Positions 49,201 to 60,414 of a stretch of 64,000 nucleotides of DNA are shown here, piece by piece (the first letter of the stretch is position 1; the number at the start of each line of letters is the position of its first letter). The translations under genes and the position numbers were made by a program. The stretch lies in NCBI GenBank assembly GCA_964016885.1, contig OZ024740.1, positions 16,926,001-16,990,000 of the forward strand, read 5' to 3'. Origin of the DNA: Eledone cirrhosa (taxonomy: Eukaryota). The notes under the pieces were generated by a model, which saw only the letters and a program-made list of their open reading frames with translations, was not told the DNA's origin and ran no database searches.

Positions 49201-52200
49201 GTAACTACTACCACTACAGTAACCACTACCTCTACCGTTACCACTACCACTACATTAACCACTATCACTACAGTAACCACTACAGTAACCACTACCACTA
49301 CTGTAACTACTACCACTAAAGTAGCCACTACAACTACAGTAACCACTACCACTACAGTTACCACTACCACTACTGTAACTACTACAACTACTGTAACCAC
49401 TACAGCTACAGTAACCACTACCACTACTGTAACCGCTACCACTACAGTTACCACTACCACTACTTTAACTACTACCACTACTGTAACCACTACCACTACA
49501 ACTACAGTAACCACTACCACTACTGTAACCGCTACCACTACAGTTACCACTACCCCTACTCTAACTACTACCACTACTGTAACCACTACCACTACAGTAA
49601 CCAGTACCACAACAGTAACCAGTACCACGACAGTTACCACTACCACTACAGTAACCACTACCACTACTGTAACCACTACCACTACAGTAACCAGTACCAC
49701 GACAGTTACCACTACCACTACAGTAACCACTACCACTACTGTAACCACTACCACTACAGTAACCAGTACCACGACAGTTACCACTACCACTACAGTAACC
49801 GCTACCACTACAGTAACCACTACCACTACAGTAACCAGTACCACGACAGTTACCACTACCACTACTGTAACCAGTACCACTACAGTTACCACTACCACTA
49901 CAGTAACCACTACCACTACAGTAACCACTACCACTACAGTAACCAGTACCACGACAGTTACCACTACCACTACTGTAACCAGTACCACTACAGTTACCAC
50001 TACCACTACTGTAACCACTGCCACTACTGTAACCACTACCACTACAGTAACTACTACCGTTACAGTAACCACTACCACTACTGTAACCACTACTACTACA
50101 GTAACCACTACCACTACTGTAACCACTGCCACTACTGTAACCACTACCACTACAGTAACCACGACCACTACTGAAACCACTACTACTACAGTAACCACTA
50201 CCACTACAGTTACCACTACCACTACAGTAACCACTACCGTTACAGTAACCACTACCACTACTGTAACCACTGCCACTACTGTAACCACTACCACTACAGT
50301 AACCACTACCACTACTGAAACGACTACTACTACAGTAACCACTACCACTACAGTTACCACTACCACTACAGTAACCACTACAGTAACCACTACCACTACT
50401 GTAACTACTACCACTAAAGTAGCCACTACAACTACAGTAACCACTACCACTACAGTTACCACTACCACTACTGTAACTACTACAACTACTGTAACCACTA
50501 CAGCTACAGTAACCACTACCACTACTGTAACCGCTACCACTACAGTTACCACTACCACTACTTTAACTACTACCACTACTGTAACCACTACCACTACAAC
50601 TACAGTAACCACTACCACTACTGTAACCGCTACCACTACAGTTACCACTACCCCTACTCTAACTACTACCACTACTGTAACCACTACCACTACAGTAACC
50701 AGTACCACAACAGTAACCAGTACCACGACAGTTACCACTACCACTACAGTAACCACTACCACTACTGTAACCACTACCACTACAGTAACCAGTACCACGA
50801 CAGTTACCACTACCACTACAGTAACCACTACCACTACTGTAACCACTACCACTACAGTAACCAGTACCACGACAGTTACCACTACCACTACAGTAACCGC
50901 TACCACTACAGTAACCACTACCACTACAGTAACCAGTACCACGACAGTTACCACTACCACTACTGTAACCAGTACCACTACAGTTACCACTACCACTACA
51001 GTAACCACTACCACTACAGTAACCACTACCACTACAGTAACCAGTACCACGACAGTTACCACTACCACTACTGTAACCAGTACCACTACAGTTACCACTA
51101 CCACTACTGTAACCACTGCCACTACTGTAACCACTACCACTACAGTAACTACTACCGTTACAGTAACCACTACCACTACTGTAACCACTACTACTACAGT
51201 AACCACTACCACTACTGTAACCACTGCCACTACTGTAACCACTACCACTACAGTAACCACGACCACTACTGAAACCACTACTACTACAGTAACCACTACC
51301 ACTACAGTTACCACTACCACTACAGTAACCACTACCGTTACAGTAACCACTACCACTACTGTAACCACTGCCACTACTGTAACCACTACCACTACAGTAA
51401 CCACTACCACTACTGAAACGACTACTACTACAGTAACCACTACCACTACAGTTACCACTACCACTACAGTAACCACTACCACTACTGTAACCAGTACCAC
51501 TACAGTTACCACTACCACTACAGTAACCACTACCACTACTGTAACCACTGCCACTACTGTAACCACTACCACTACAGTAACCACTACTGTAACCACTACT
51601 ACTACAGTAACCACTACAGTACCCACTACAAAAACCACTACCACTACAGTAACCACTACCACTACTGTAATTACTACCACTACAGTAACCACTACCGTTA
51701 CAGTAACCACTACCTCTACTTTAACCACTACCACTACCACTACTGTAACCACTACCACTACAGTAACCACTACCGTTACAGTAACCACTACCACTATTGT
51801 AACCACTACCACTACAGTAACCACTACCACTACTGTAACCACACCCACTACTGTAACCACTACCACTACAGTAACCACTACCACTACAGTAACCACTACC
51901 ACTACAGTAACCACTACCACTACAGTAACCACTACCTCTATTGTAACCACTTCCACTACAGTAACCACTAGCACTACTGTAACCACTCCCACTACTGTAA
52001 CCACTACCACTACAGTAACCACTACCACTACAGTAACCACTACCACTACACTAACCACTACCACTACAGGAACCACTACTACTAGTGTAACCCCTACCAC
52101 TACAGTAACAACTGCCACTACAGTAACCACTACCACTACTGTAACCACTACCACTACAGTAACCACTACCACTACAGTAACCACTACCAATACAGTAACC

Positions 52201-52400
52201 ACTACCACTACAGTAACCACTACCACTACTGTAACAACTATCACTACAGTAAACACTACCACTACTGTAACCACTACCACTACAGTAACCACTACCACTA
52301 CTGTAACCACTACCACTACAGTAACCACTACCACTACTGTAACCACTACCACTACAGTAACCACTACCACTACTATAACCACTACCACAACAGGAACCAC
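40300..52400. repeat. Three tandem copies of a ~4.0-4.3-kb higher-order repeat
   Basis: ggaaccactactactatt at 40,441, 44,401 and 48,703 (spacings 3,960 and 4,302). The shared ordered variant series (agtaccacgacagtt blocks, acacccact, ttccact, acaggaaccactaccagaacc) repeats in each copy. The third copy has a nested ~1.1-kb duplication (aaagtagcc at ~49,320 and ~50,420). Confidence 0.88.
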
Positions 52401-55400
52401 TACCAGAACCACTACCACTACAGTAACCACTACCACTACAGTAACCACTACCACTACTGTAACCACTACCACTACAGTAACCACTACCACTACTGTAACC
52501 ACTACCACTACAGTAACCACTACAGTAACCACTACCTCTACTGTAACCACTACCACTACAGTAACCACTATCACTACTGTAACCACTACCACTACAGTAA
52601 CCACTACATTTACCACTAACTCTACTGTAACCACTACCACTACTGTAACCACTACCACTACAGTAACCACTACCACTACAGTAACCACTACCACTAATCT
52701 AACCACTACCACTACAGTAACCACTACAGTTACCACTACCACTACCACTACAGTAACCATTACCACTACAGTAACCACTACCACTACAGAAACCACTACC
52801 ACTACAGTAACCACTACCACTACAGAAACCACTACTGTATCACTACCACTACAGTAACCATTACCACTACAGTAACCACTACTACTACAGTAACCACTAC
52901 CACTACAGTAACCCCTACCACTACAGTAACCACTACCATTACAGTTACCACTACCACTACTGTAACCACTACCACTACAGTAAACACTACCACTATAGTA
53001 ACCACTACTACTACAGTAACCCCTACCACTACAGTAACCACTACCATTACAGTAAACACTACCACTACAGTAACCACTACCACTACAGTAACCACTACCA
53101 CTACTGTAACCACTACCACTACAGTAACCACTACCACTACAGTAACCACTACCACTACAGTTACCACTACCACTACAGTAACCACTACCACTACAGTAAC
53201 CACTACCACTAATGTAACCACTACCACTACAGTAACCACTACAGTTACCACTACCACTACTGTAACCACTACCACTACAGTAACCATTACCACTACAGTA
53301 ACCACTACCACTACAGTAACCACTACCACTACAGTAACCACTACCTCTATTGTAACCACTTCCACTACAGTAACCACTACCACTACTGTAACCACTCCCA
53401 CTACTGTAACCACTACCACTACAGTAACCACTACCACTACAGTAACCACTACCACTACACTAACCACTACCACTACAGGAACCACTACTACTAGTGTAAC
53501 CACTACCACTACAGTAACAACTGCCACTAGAGTAACCACTACCACTACTGTAACCACTACCACTACAGTAACCACTACCACTACAGTAACCACTACCACT
53601 ACAGTAACCACTACCACTACTGTAACAACTATCACTACAGTAAACACTACCACTACTGTAACCACTACCACTACAGTAACCACTACCACTACTTTAACCA
53701 CTACCACTACAGTAACCACTACCACTACTGTAACCACTACCACTACAGTAACCACTACCACTACTATAACCACTACCTCTACAGTAACCACTACCACTAC
53801 TGTAACCACTACCACTACAGTAAACACTACCATTACTGTAACCACTACCACTACTGTAACCACTACCACTACAGTAAACACTACCACTACTGTAACCACT
53901 ACCACTACAGAAACAACAACTACTAATGTAACCACTACTGTAACCACTACCACAACAGGAACCACTACCAGAACCACTACCACTACAGTAACCACTACCA
54001 CTACAGTAACCACTACCACTACTGTAACCACTACCACTACAGTAACCACTACCACTACTGTAACCACTACCACTACAGTAACCACTACAGTAACCACTAC
54101 CTCTACTGTAACCACTACCACTACAGTAACCACTATCACTACTGTAACCACTACCACTACAGTAACCATTACCACTACAGTAACCACTACCACTACAGTA
54201 ACCACTACCACTACAGTAACCCCTACCACTACAGTAACCACTACCATTACAGTTACCACTACCACTACTGTAACCACTACCACTACAGTAAACACTACCA
54301 CTACAGTAACCACTACCACTACAGTAACCCCTACCACTACAGTAACCACTACCATTACAGTAAACACTACCACTACAGTAACCACTACCACTACAGTAAC
54401 CACTACCACTAGTGTAACCACTACCACTACAGTAACCACTACCACTACAGTAACCACTACCACTACAGTTACCACTACCACTACAGTAACCACTACCACT
54501 ACAGTAACCACTACCACTAATGTAACCACTACCACTACAGTAACCACTACCACTACAGTAACTACTACCACTAGAGTAACCACTACCACTAATGTAACCA
54601 CTACCACTACAGTACCCACTACCACTACAGTAACCACTACCATTACAGTAATCACTACCACTACAGTAACCACTACCACTACTGTAACCACTACCACTAC
54701 AGAAACCACTACCACTACAGTAATCACTACCACTACTGTAACCACTACCACTACTGTAACCACTACCACTACAGTAACCACTACCACTAATGTAACCACT
54801 ACCACTACAGTAACCACTACCACTACAGTAACCACTACCACTAATGTAACCACTACCACTACAGTAACCACTACCACTAATGTAACCACTACCACTACAG
54901 TAACCACTACCACTACAGTAACCACTACCACTACAGTAACCACTACCACTAATGTAACCACTACCACTACAGTAACCACTACCACTAATGTAACCACTAC
55001 CACTACAGTAACCACTACCACTACTGTAACCACTACCACTACAGTAACCACTACCACTACAGTAACCACTACCACTACTGTAACCACTACCACTACAGTA
55101 ACCACTACCACTACAGTAACCACTACCACTACTGTAATCACTACCACTACAGTAACCACTACCACTACAGTAACCACTACCACTACTGTAACCACTACCA
55201 CTACAGTAACCACTACCACTACAGTAACCACTACCACTACTGTAACCACTACCACTACTGTAACCACTACCACTACAGTAACCACTACCACTACAGTAAC
55301 CACTACCACTACTGTAACCACTACCACTACAGTAACCACTACCACTACAGTAACCACTACCACTACTGTAACCACTACCACTACAGTAACCACTACCACT

Positions 55401-56769
55401 ACAGTAACCACTACCACTACTGTAACCACTACCACTACTGTAACCACTACCACTACAGTAAACACTACCACTACAGTAACCACTACCACTACTGTAACCA
55501 CTACCACTACAGTAAACACTACCACTACAGTAACCACTACCACTACTGTAACCACTACCACTACTGTAACCACTACCACTACAGTAAACACTACCACTAC
55601 AGTAACCACTACCACTACTGTAACCACTACCACTACAGTAAACACTACCACTACAGTAACCACTACCACTACTGTAACCACTACCACTACTGTAACCATT
55701 ACCACTACAGTAACCACTACCACTACAGTAACCACTACTACTACTGTAACCATTACTACTACAGTAACCACTACCACTACAGTAACCACTACTACTACTG
55801 TAACCATTACTACTACAGTAACCACTACCACTACAGTAACCACTACCACTACAGTAACCACTACTACTACTGTAACCATTACTACTACAGTAACCACTAC
55901 CACTACAGTAACCACTACCACTACAGTAACCACTACTACTACTGTAACCATTACTACTACAGTAACCACTACCACTACAGTAACCACTACCACTACTGTA
56001 ACCACTACCACTACAGAAACCACTACCACTACAGTAGCCACTACCACTACTGTAACCACTACTATAACCACTACCACTACAGTAACCACTACCACTACAG
56101 TAACCACTACCAACACTGAAACACTACCACTACAGTAACCACTACCACTACAGTAACCACTACCACTACTGTAACCACTACTATAACCACTACCGCTACA
56201 GTTACCACCACCTCTACTGTAACCACTACCTCTACAATAACCACTACCACTACTGTAACCACTACCACTACAGTAACCACTACCACTACAGTTATCACTA
56301 CCACTACAGTAATCACTAGCACTACAGTAACTACTACCACTACTGTAACCACTACCACACTGTAACCACTGCCACTACAGTAACCACTACCACTACTGTA
56401 ACCACTACCACTACAGTAACCACTACCACTACAGTAACCACTACCACTACTGTAACCACTACCACTACAGTAACCACTACCACCACTATAACCACTACCA
56501 CTACTGTAACCACTACCACTACTGTAACCACTACCTCTACAGTAACCACTACCACTACTGTAACCACTACCACTACTGTAACCACTACCACTACAGAAAC
56601 CACTGCCACTACAGTACCCACTACCACTACGACTACTGTAACCACTACCACTACAGAAACCACTACCACTACAGAAACCCCTACCACTACTATAACCTTG
56701 ACCACACTATCAAAAGTTCTCATAGAATCATGAAGGAAACATTTCACACCTTCAAATATCAGAGACCCG

Positions 56770-57050
56770 AAGGCAGTTTCAGGTAATTTCCTGTCAAAAA
56801 GGTTAATAAGCTCTTCTGTAATGTGACCAAGTCATCAGTATAGAGGATTTCCCATTGGCAACTAATCTTACCTCCACTTTTATAACCAGGAGAATTATAA
56901 GAGGGAGCTAAGAACTGAGTTCTGTAGTACACCTCTGTGGTTGTTAAATCTCTCACCTTGCCAATGGCGTCTCTCTGATTTCCACAGCTCACACGAACCA
57001 TTCTTATACTTCTAGACACCTAGTTATCTTAGCAATAACCACACTAGACA
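56770..57050 (-). mobile_element. Decayed non-LTR retrotransposon (RTE-clade-like LINE) reverse transcriptase fragment
   Basis: Minus strand, across frameshifts and stops: LVWLLLR*LGV, EWFV*AV..DAIGKVR, GVLQNSVLSSLL and CQWEILYTDDLV. These match, in order, RTE RT motifs of the type IWWxMRKLG..EWLVRAV..SKVR..GVHQGSVLSPLL..CPWELLYADDL. Confidence 0.8.
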
Positions 57051-57067
57051 GCATGCATACATAATTG

Positions 57068-57251
57068 TTTCTACTTTTGGCACAAGGCCAGCAATTATTC
57101 CAGTGCATTACTGGTACTTTATTTTATCGACCCCGTAAGGATGAAAGGCTAAGTTAACCTCGGCGGGATTTGAACTCAGAATGGCAAGGGCCGTAGCTTT
57201 ATGCGTCAAAGCATGGCGTCCGACCCTCTACCAGTACTGCCAATCCACCGC
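57068..57251 (-). mobile_element. tRNA-derived SINE (resembles an abundant octopus SINE family)
   Basis: Minus strand reads GCGGTGGATTGGCAGTACTGG (A-box-like) ... GAGTTCAAATCCCGCC (B box), then GCCTTTCATCCTTACGGGGTCGATAAAATAAAGTACCAG ... GGCCTTGTGCC. The family and taxon assignment is from recall, not a search. Confidence 0.8.
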
Positions 57252-57521
57252 GGCCAATCCAATGTTGGTATATATATATATATAAGTTTGATTTGAAACA
57301 GCGAGCAAATTTGAAATTAGAAATCGTCGTATTTTCCACTAAAGAAGTTTCTAAACCCCACTATCAGCCTAAAAAATTCTGTAGTGAAAAATACTGGGAA
57401 AGCTTCTATTTCTTATATATATATATATATGGAGGAAGTTATAGTTCCCTTGAAGTATTGTGTAATGAGGTATAAACGTTTGTATTTGTAAAGCCAAAAT
57501 AATGCAGGTATGGACATAGAA

Positions 57522-57734
57522 TATAAATGCAAATGAAAAAGATATTGTTGACAATTAGTCTTTTACCTTAAATTTATTTAAATGTCTTTAATTTTCGGCA
57601 AGTTATTTAGAACGCTGGTTTAACCGCATTACTTCCCTCCGAAGAAGAGATATTATCTCGAAAATTAGGGAAATTTAAATAAATTTAAGGTAAAAGACTA
57701 ATTGTTAACAATATGTTTTGCATTTGCATTTATA
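57522..57734. mobile_element. 213-bp foldback element: 76-bp inverted arms (57,522-57,597 and 57,659-57,734) around a 61-bp spacer; MITE-like or Penelope-derived
   Basis: The left arm tataaatgcaaatg...ttaattttcg matches the reverse complement of the right arm cgaaaattag...catttgcatttata at 70 of 76 positions (counted by hand). Both ends are TATA. Confidence 0.75.
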
Positions 57735-57738
57735 CGTT

Positions 57739-57798
57739 TATATATATATATACATATATATATATTTATTTTAAAAAAAAATATATATATATACATAA

Positions 57799-57885
<87 letters not shown>

Positions 57886-57924
57886 TGTGTGTCTGTGTGT
57901 GTCTGTGCATGTCTGTCTATATAC

Positions 57925-57997
<73 letters not shown>
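57739..57997. repeat. Compound microsatellite (TA)n-(TG)n-(TA)n
   Basis: (TA)n at ~57,739-57,792 (interrupted), about 40 perfect TG units from ~57,803, and (TA)n at ~57,928-57,997. Short (TA)n tracts also occur at ~57,269 and ~57,415. Confidence 0.98.
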
Positions 57998-58000
<3 letters not shown>

Positions 58001-60133
58001 TGATTTTCCAACCATCATTGGTATTTCATCGCATTAAAAATCAGATGCCTCAGGTTGGTGCGAGCAATAACTAAAATAAGCTATTGGGACAAATGAAACG
58101 CGTAAAGCGAGTGAGACAAGTAAACAACAGAAGGAAAAGCAAACCGAAGGTTGGAAAAACAGCAAGCAACATGATAGTTATCCGATCAGCATAAGCTGGG
58201 TGAATTTCATGAGCGGTCAGAGAAGCAGACCGTACGCCGTGAATGCGGTGTGAGAATGAAGGAACAACACTACTAGCGAACAGGAGGAAGTGAGAAGGGG
58301 AGAAACAGAGAGTGAGTGAGTGGAAGTGCGAGGAAGAGATCAGTAGAGAGAAAGGGTAACTGACAGAGGGGTCGAAAGAAGGTACGAGAAACAGAGAGAA
58401 GGGTGGGGGGGAGCAGTAAGAGAGAAAGAGAGAAACAGATAATCGCAGTTTAGGTAAATATATATGAAAAACAAGGGGAGAAGAATACTGCATGGTTGCA
58501 CATGGATTACGTGTTATAAAATTAGTCCCTCATCAGTGATTTGCCAACCATCATTGGTATTTCATCGCATTAAAAATCAGATACATCAGGTTGGTGCGAG
58601 CAATAACTAAAATAAGCTATTGGGACAAGTGAAACGCGTAAAGCGAGTGAGACAAGTAAACAGCAGAGGGAAAAGCAAACCGAAGCTTGGAAAAACAGCA
58701 AGCAATATGATAGTTATCCGATCAGCATAAGCTGGGTAAATTTCATGCGCGGTCAGAGAAGCAGACCGTACGCCGTGAATGCGGTGTGAGAAAGAAGGAA
58801 CCCCACTACTAGCGAACGGGAGGAAGTGAGAAGGGGAGAAACAGAGAGTGAGTGAGTGGAAGTGCGAGGAAGAGGTCAGTCGAGAGAAAGTGTAACTGAC
58901 AGAGAGGGCGAAAGAAGGTAAGAGAGACAGAGAGAACGGGGGAGCAGTAAGAGAGAAAGAGAGAAACAGATAATCGCAGTTTCGGTAAATATATATGAAA
59001 AACAAGGGGAGAAGAATACTGCATGGTTGCACATGGATTACATATTATAAAATTACTCCCTCATCAGTGATTTGCCAACCATCATCGGTATTTCATTGCA
59101 TTAAAAATCAGATGCCTCAGGTTGGTGCGAGCACTAACTATAATAAGCTATTGGGACAAATGAAACGCGTAAAGCGAGTGAGACAAGTAAACAACAGAGG
59201 GAAAAGCAAACCGAAGGTTGGAAAAATAGCAAGCAACATGATAGTTATCCGATCAGCATAATCTGGGTGAATTTCATGAGCGGTCAGAGAAGCAGACCGT
59301 ACGCCGTGAATGCGGTGTGAGAAAGAAGGAACTCCACTACTAGCGAACGGGAGGAAGTGAGAAGGGGGGAAACTTAGAGAACGGGGGAGCAGTAAGAGAG
59401 AAAGAGAGAAACAGATAATCTCAGTTTAGGTAAATATATATGAAAAACAAGGGGGGAAGAATACTGCATGGTTGCACATGGATTACATAATATAAAATTA
59501 GTCCCTCATCAGTGATTTGCCAACCATCATTGGTATTTCATCGCATTAAAAATCAGATACCTCAGGTTGGTGCGAGCAATAACTAAAATAAGCTATTGGG
59601 ACAAGTGAAACGCGTAAAGCGAGTGAGACAAGTAAACAACAGAAGGAAAAGCAAACCGAAGGTTGGAAAAACAGCAAGCAGCATGATAGTTATCCGATCA
59701 GCATAAGCTGGGTGAATTTCATGAGCGGTCAGAGAAGCAGACCGTACGCCGTGAATGCGGTGTGAGAAAGAAGGAACCCCACTACTAGCGAACGGGAGGA
59801 AGTGAGAAGGGGAGAAACAGAGAGTGAATGAGTGGAAGTGCGAGGAAGAGGTCAATCGAGAGAAAGTGTAACTGACAGAGGGGGCGAAAGAAGGTAAGAG
59901 AAACAGAGAGAACGGGGGAGCAGTAAGAGAGAAAGGGAGAAACAGATAATCGCAGTTTAGGTAAATATATATGAAAAACAAGGGGAGAAGAATACTGTAT
60001 GGTTGCACATGGATTACATATTATAAAATTAGTCCCTCATCAGTGATTTTCCAACCATTATTGGTATTTCATCGCATTAAAAATCAGATACCTCAGGTTG
60101 GTGCGAGCAATAACTAAAATAAGCTATTGGGAC
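57997..60133. repeat. Tandem repeat of a ~531-bp unit, about 4.2 copies
   Basis: tcagtgatt-ccaaccatc starts at 57,997, 58,533, 59,064, 59,509 and 60,040 (units of 536, 531, 445 and 531 bp plus a ~94-bp partial). Copies differ by scattered substitutions. Confidence 0.97.
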
Positions 60134-60413
60134 GAACGGAGGCGACTTCGCCTTCTCCAATTCAGCCTTCACCCACAACACGTGGAGTGAAAATACCATC
60201 CTACTCCAGTGAACATGTTAAGAGCAACTCTTTTTACTACCAACAGCCTCATGAACCAACTACACAAATAACATCGTAAACCTTCACAACTCGTGGTAAT
60301 ATGTTTATTTTCCTTTTTTGACTTCAATGAAGTAAACCTTTGTATATAAACCAAAAAGCCATTCTTGTTATTTCAACCACAACTATTAGCTGTACTAATA
60401 CCATTCTTCTAAA
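60134..60413 (+). repeat. Candidate (partial) 5' LTR
   Basis: Lies immediately upstream of the PBS-like motif. Ends ...ttctaaa (expected ..CA, so degenerate) and contains TATATAAA at ~60,343. No second LTR is available for confirmation. Confidence 0.45.
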
Positions 60414-60414
60414 G

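Larger units (their letters stand above)
1..56700. repeat. 18-bp satellite/minisatellite array, consensus GTAACCACTACCACTAC(A/T), about 3,100 monomers, truncated by the left window edge
   Basis: Directly visible 18-bp periodicity. Occasional 12-, 15-, 21- and 24-bp units. The + strand has about one G per monomer. It degenerates over the last ~600 bp and ends near ...actataaccttgaccacacta at ~56,700. Confidence 0.99.

Noticed and set aside
1-56700. (HYHYSN)n His/Tyr-rich reading on the + strand
   Set aside because: Repeatedly stopped by cac-taa and cac-tag variants (e.g. ~1,672 and ~1,684).
1-56700. CRISPR array, telomere, or information-encoding variant code
   Set aside because: There are no unique spacers or cas genes and the context is eukaryotic. 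The motif is not TTAGGG. The order of variants is explained by nested duplications.
1-56700. Splice-like signals (ctacAG, GTaac) in every monomer
   Set aside because: Weak matches with no real polypyrimidine tract and no AG|GT recursive junction. Unsupported without transcript data.
136-56747. Giant minus-strand poly-Val (VVVVVT)n ORFs of up to 4,187 aa
   Set aside because: Val/Thr codons of the monomer cannot mutate to a stop in one step. Starts are GTG/TTG calls, ORF ends coincide with indels, and the product is biophysically implausible.
57150-57251. tRNA gene
   Set aside because: A/B-box-like motifs are present but there is no convincing cloverleaf, and the sequence continues into a SINE body.
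57293-58074. Short ORFs with CVCV/HTHT/YIYI runs
   Set aside because: Translations of microsatellites and AT-rich spacer sequence.
58071-60008. ~140-aa hydrophobic minus-strand ORFs in the 531-bp units
   Set aside because: They derive from CT-rich low-complexity sequence. The N-terminal frame differs between copies, unit 3 is deleted, and no domain is recognisable.
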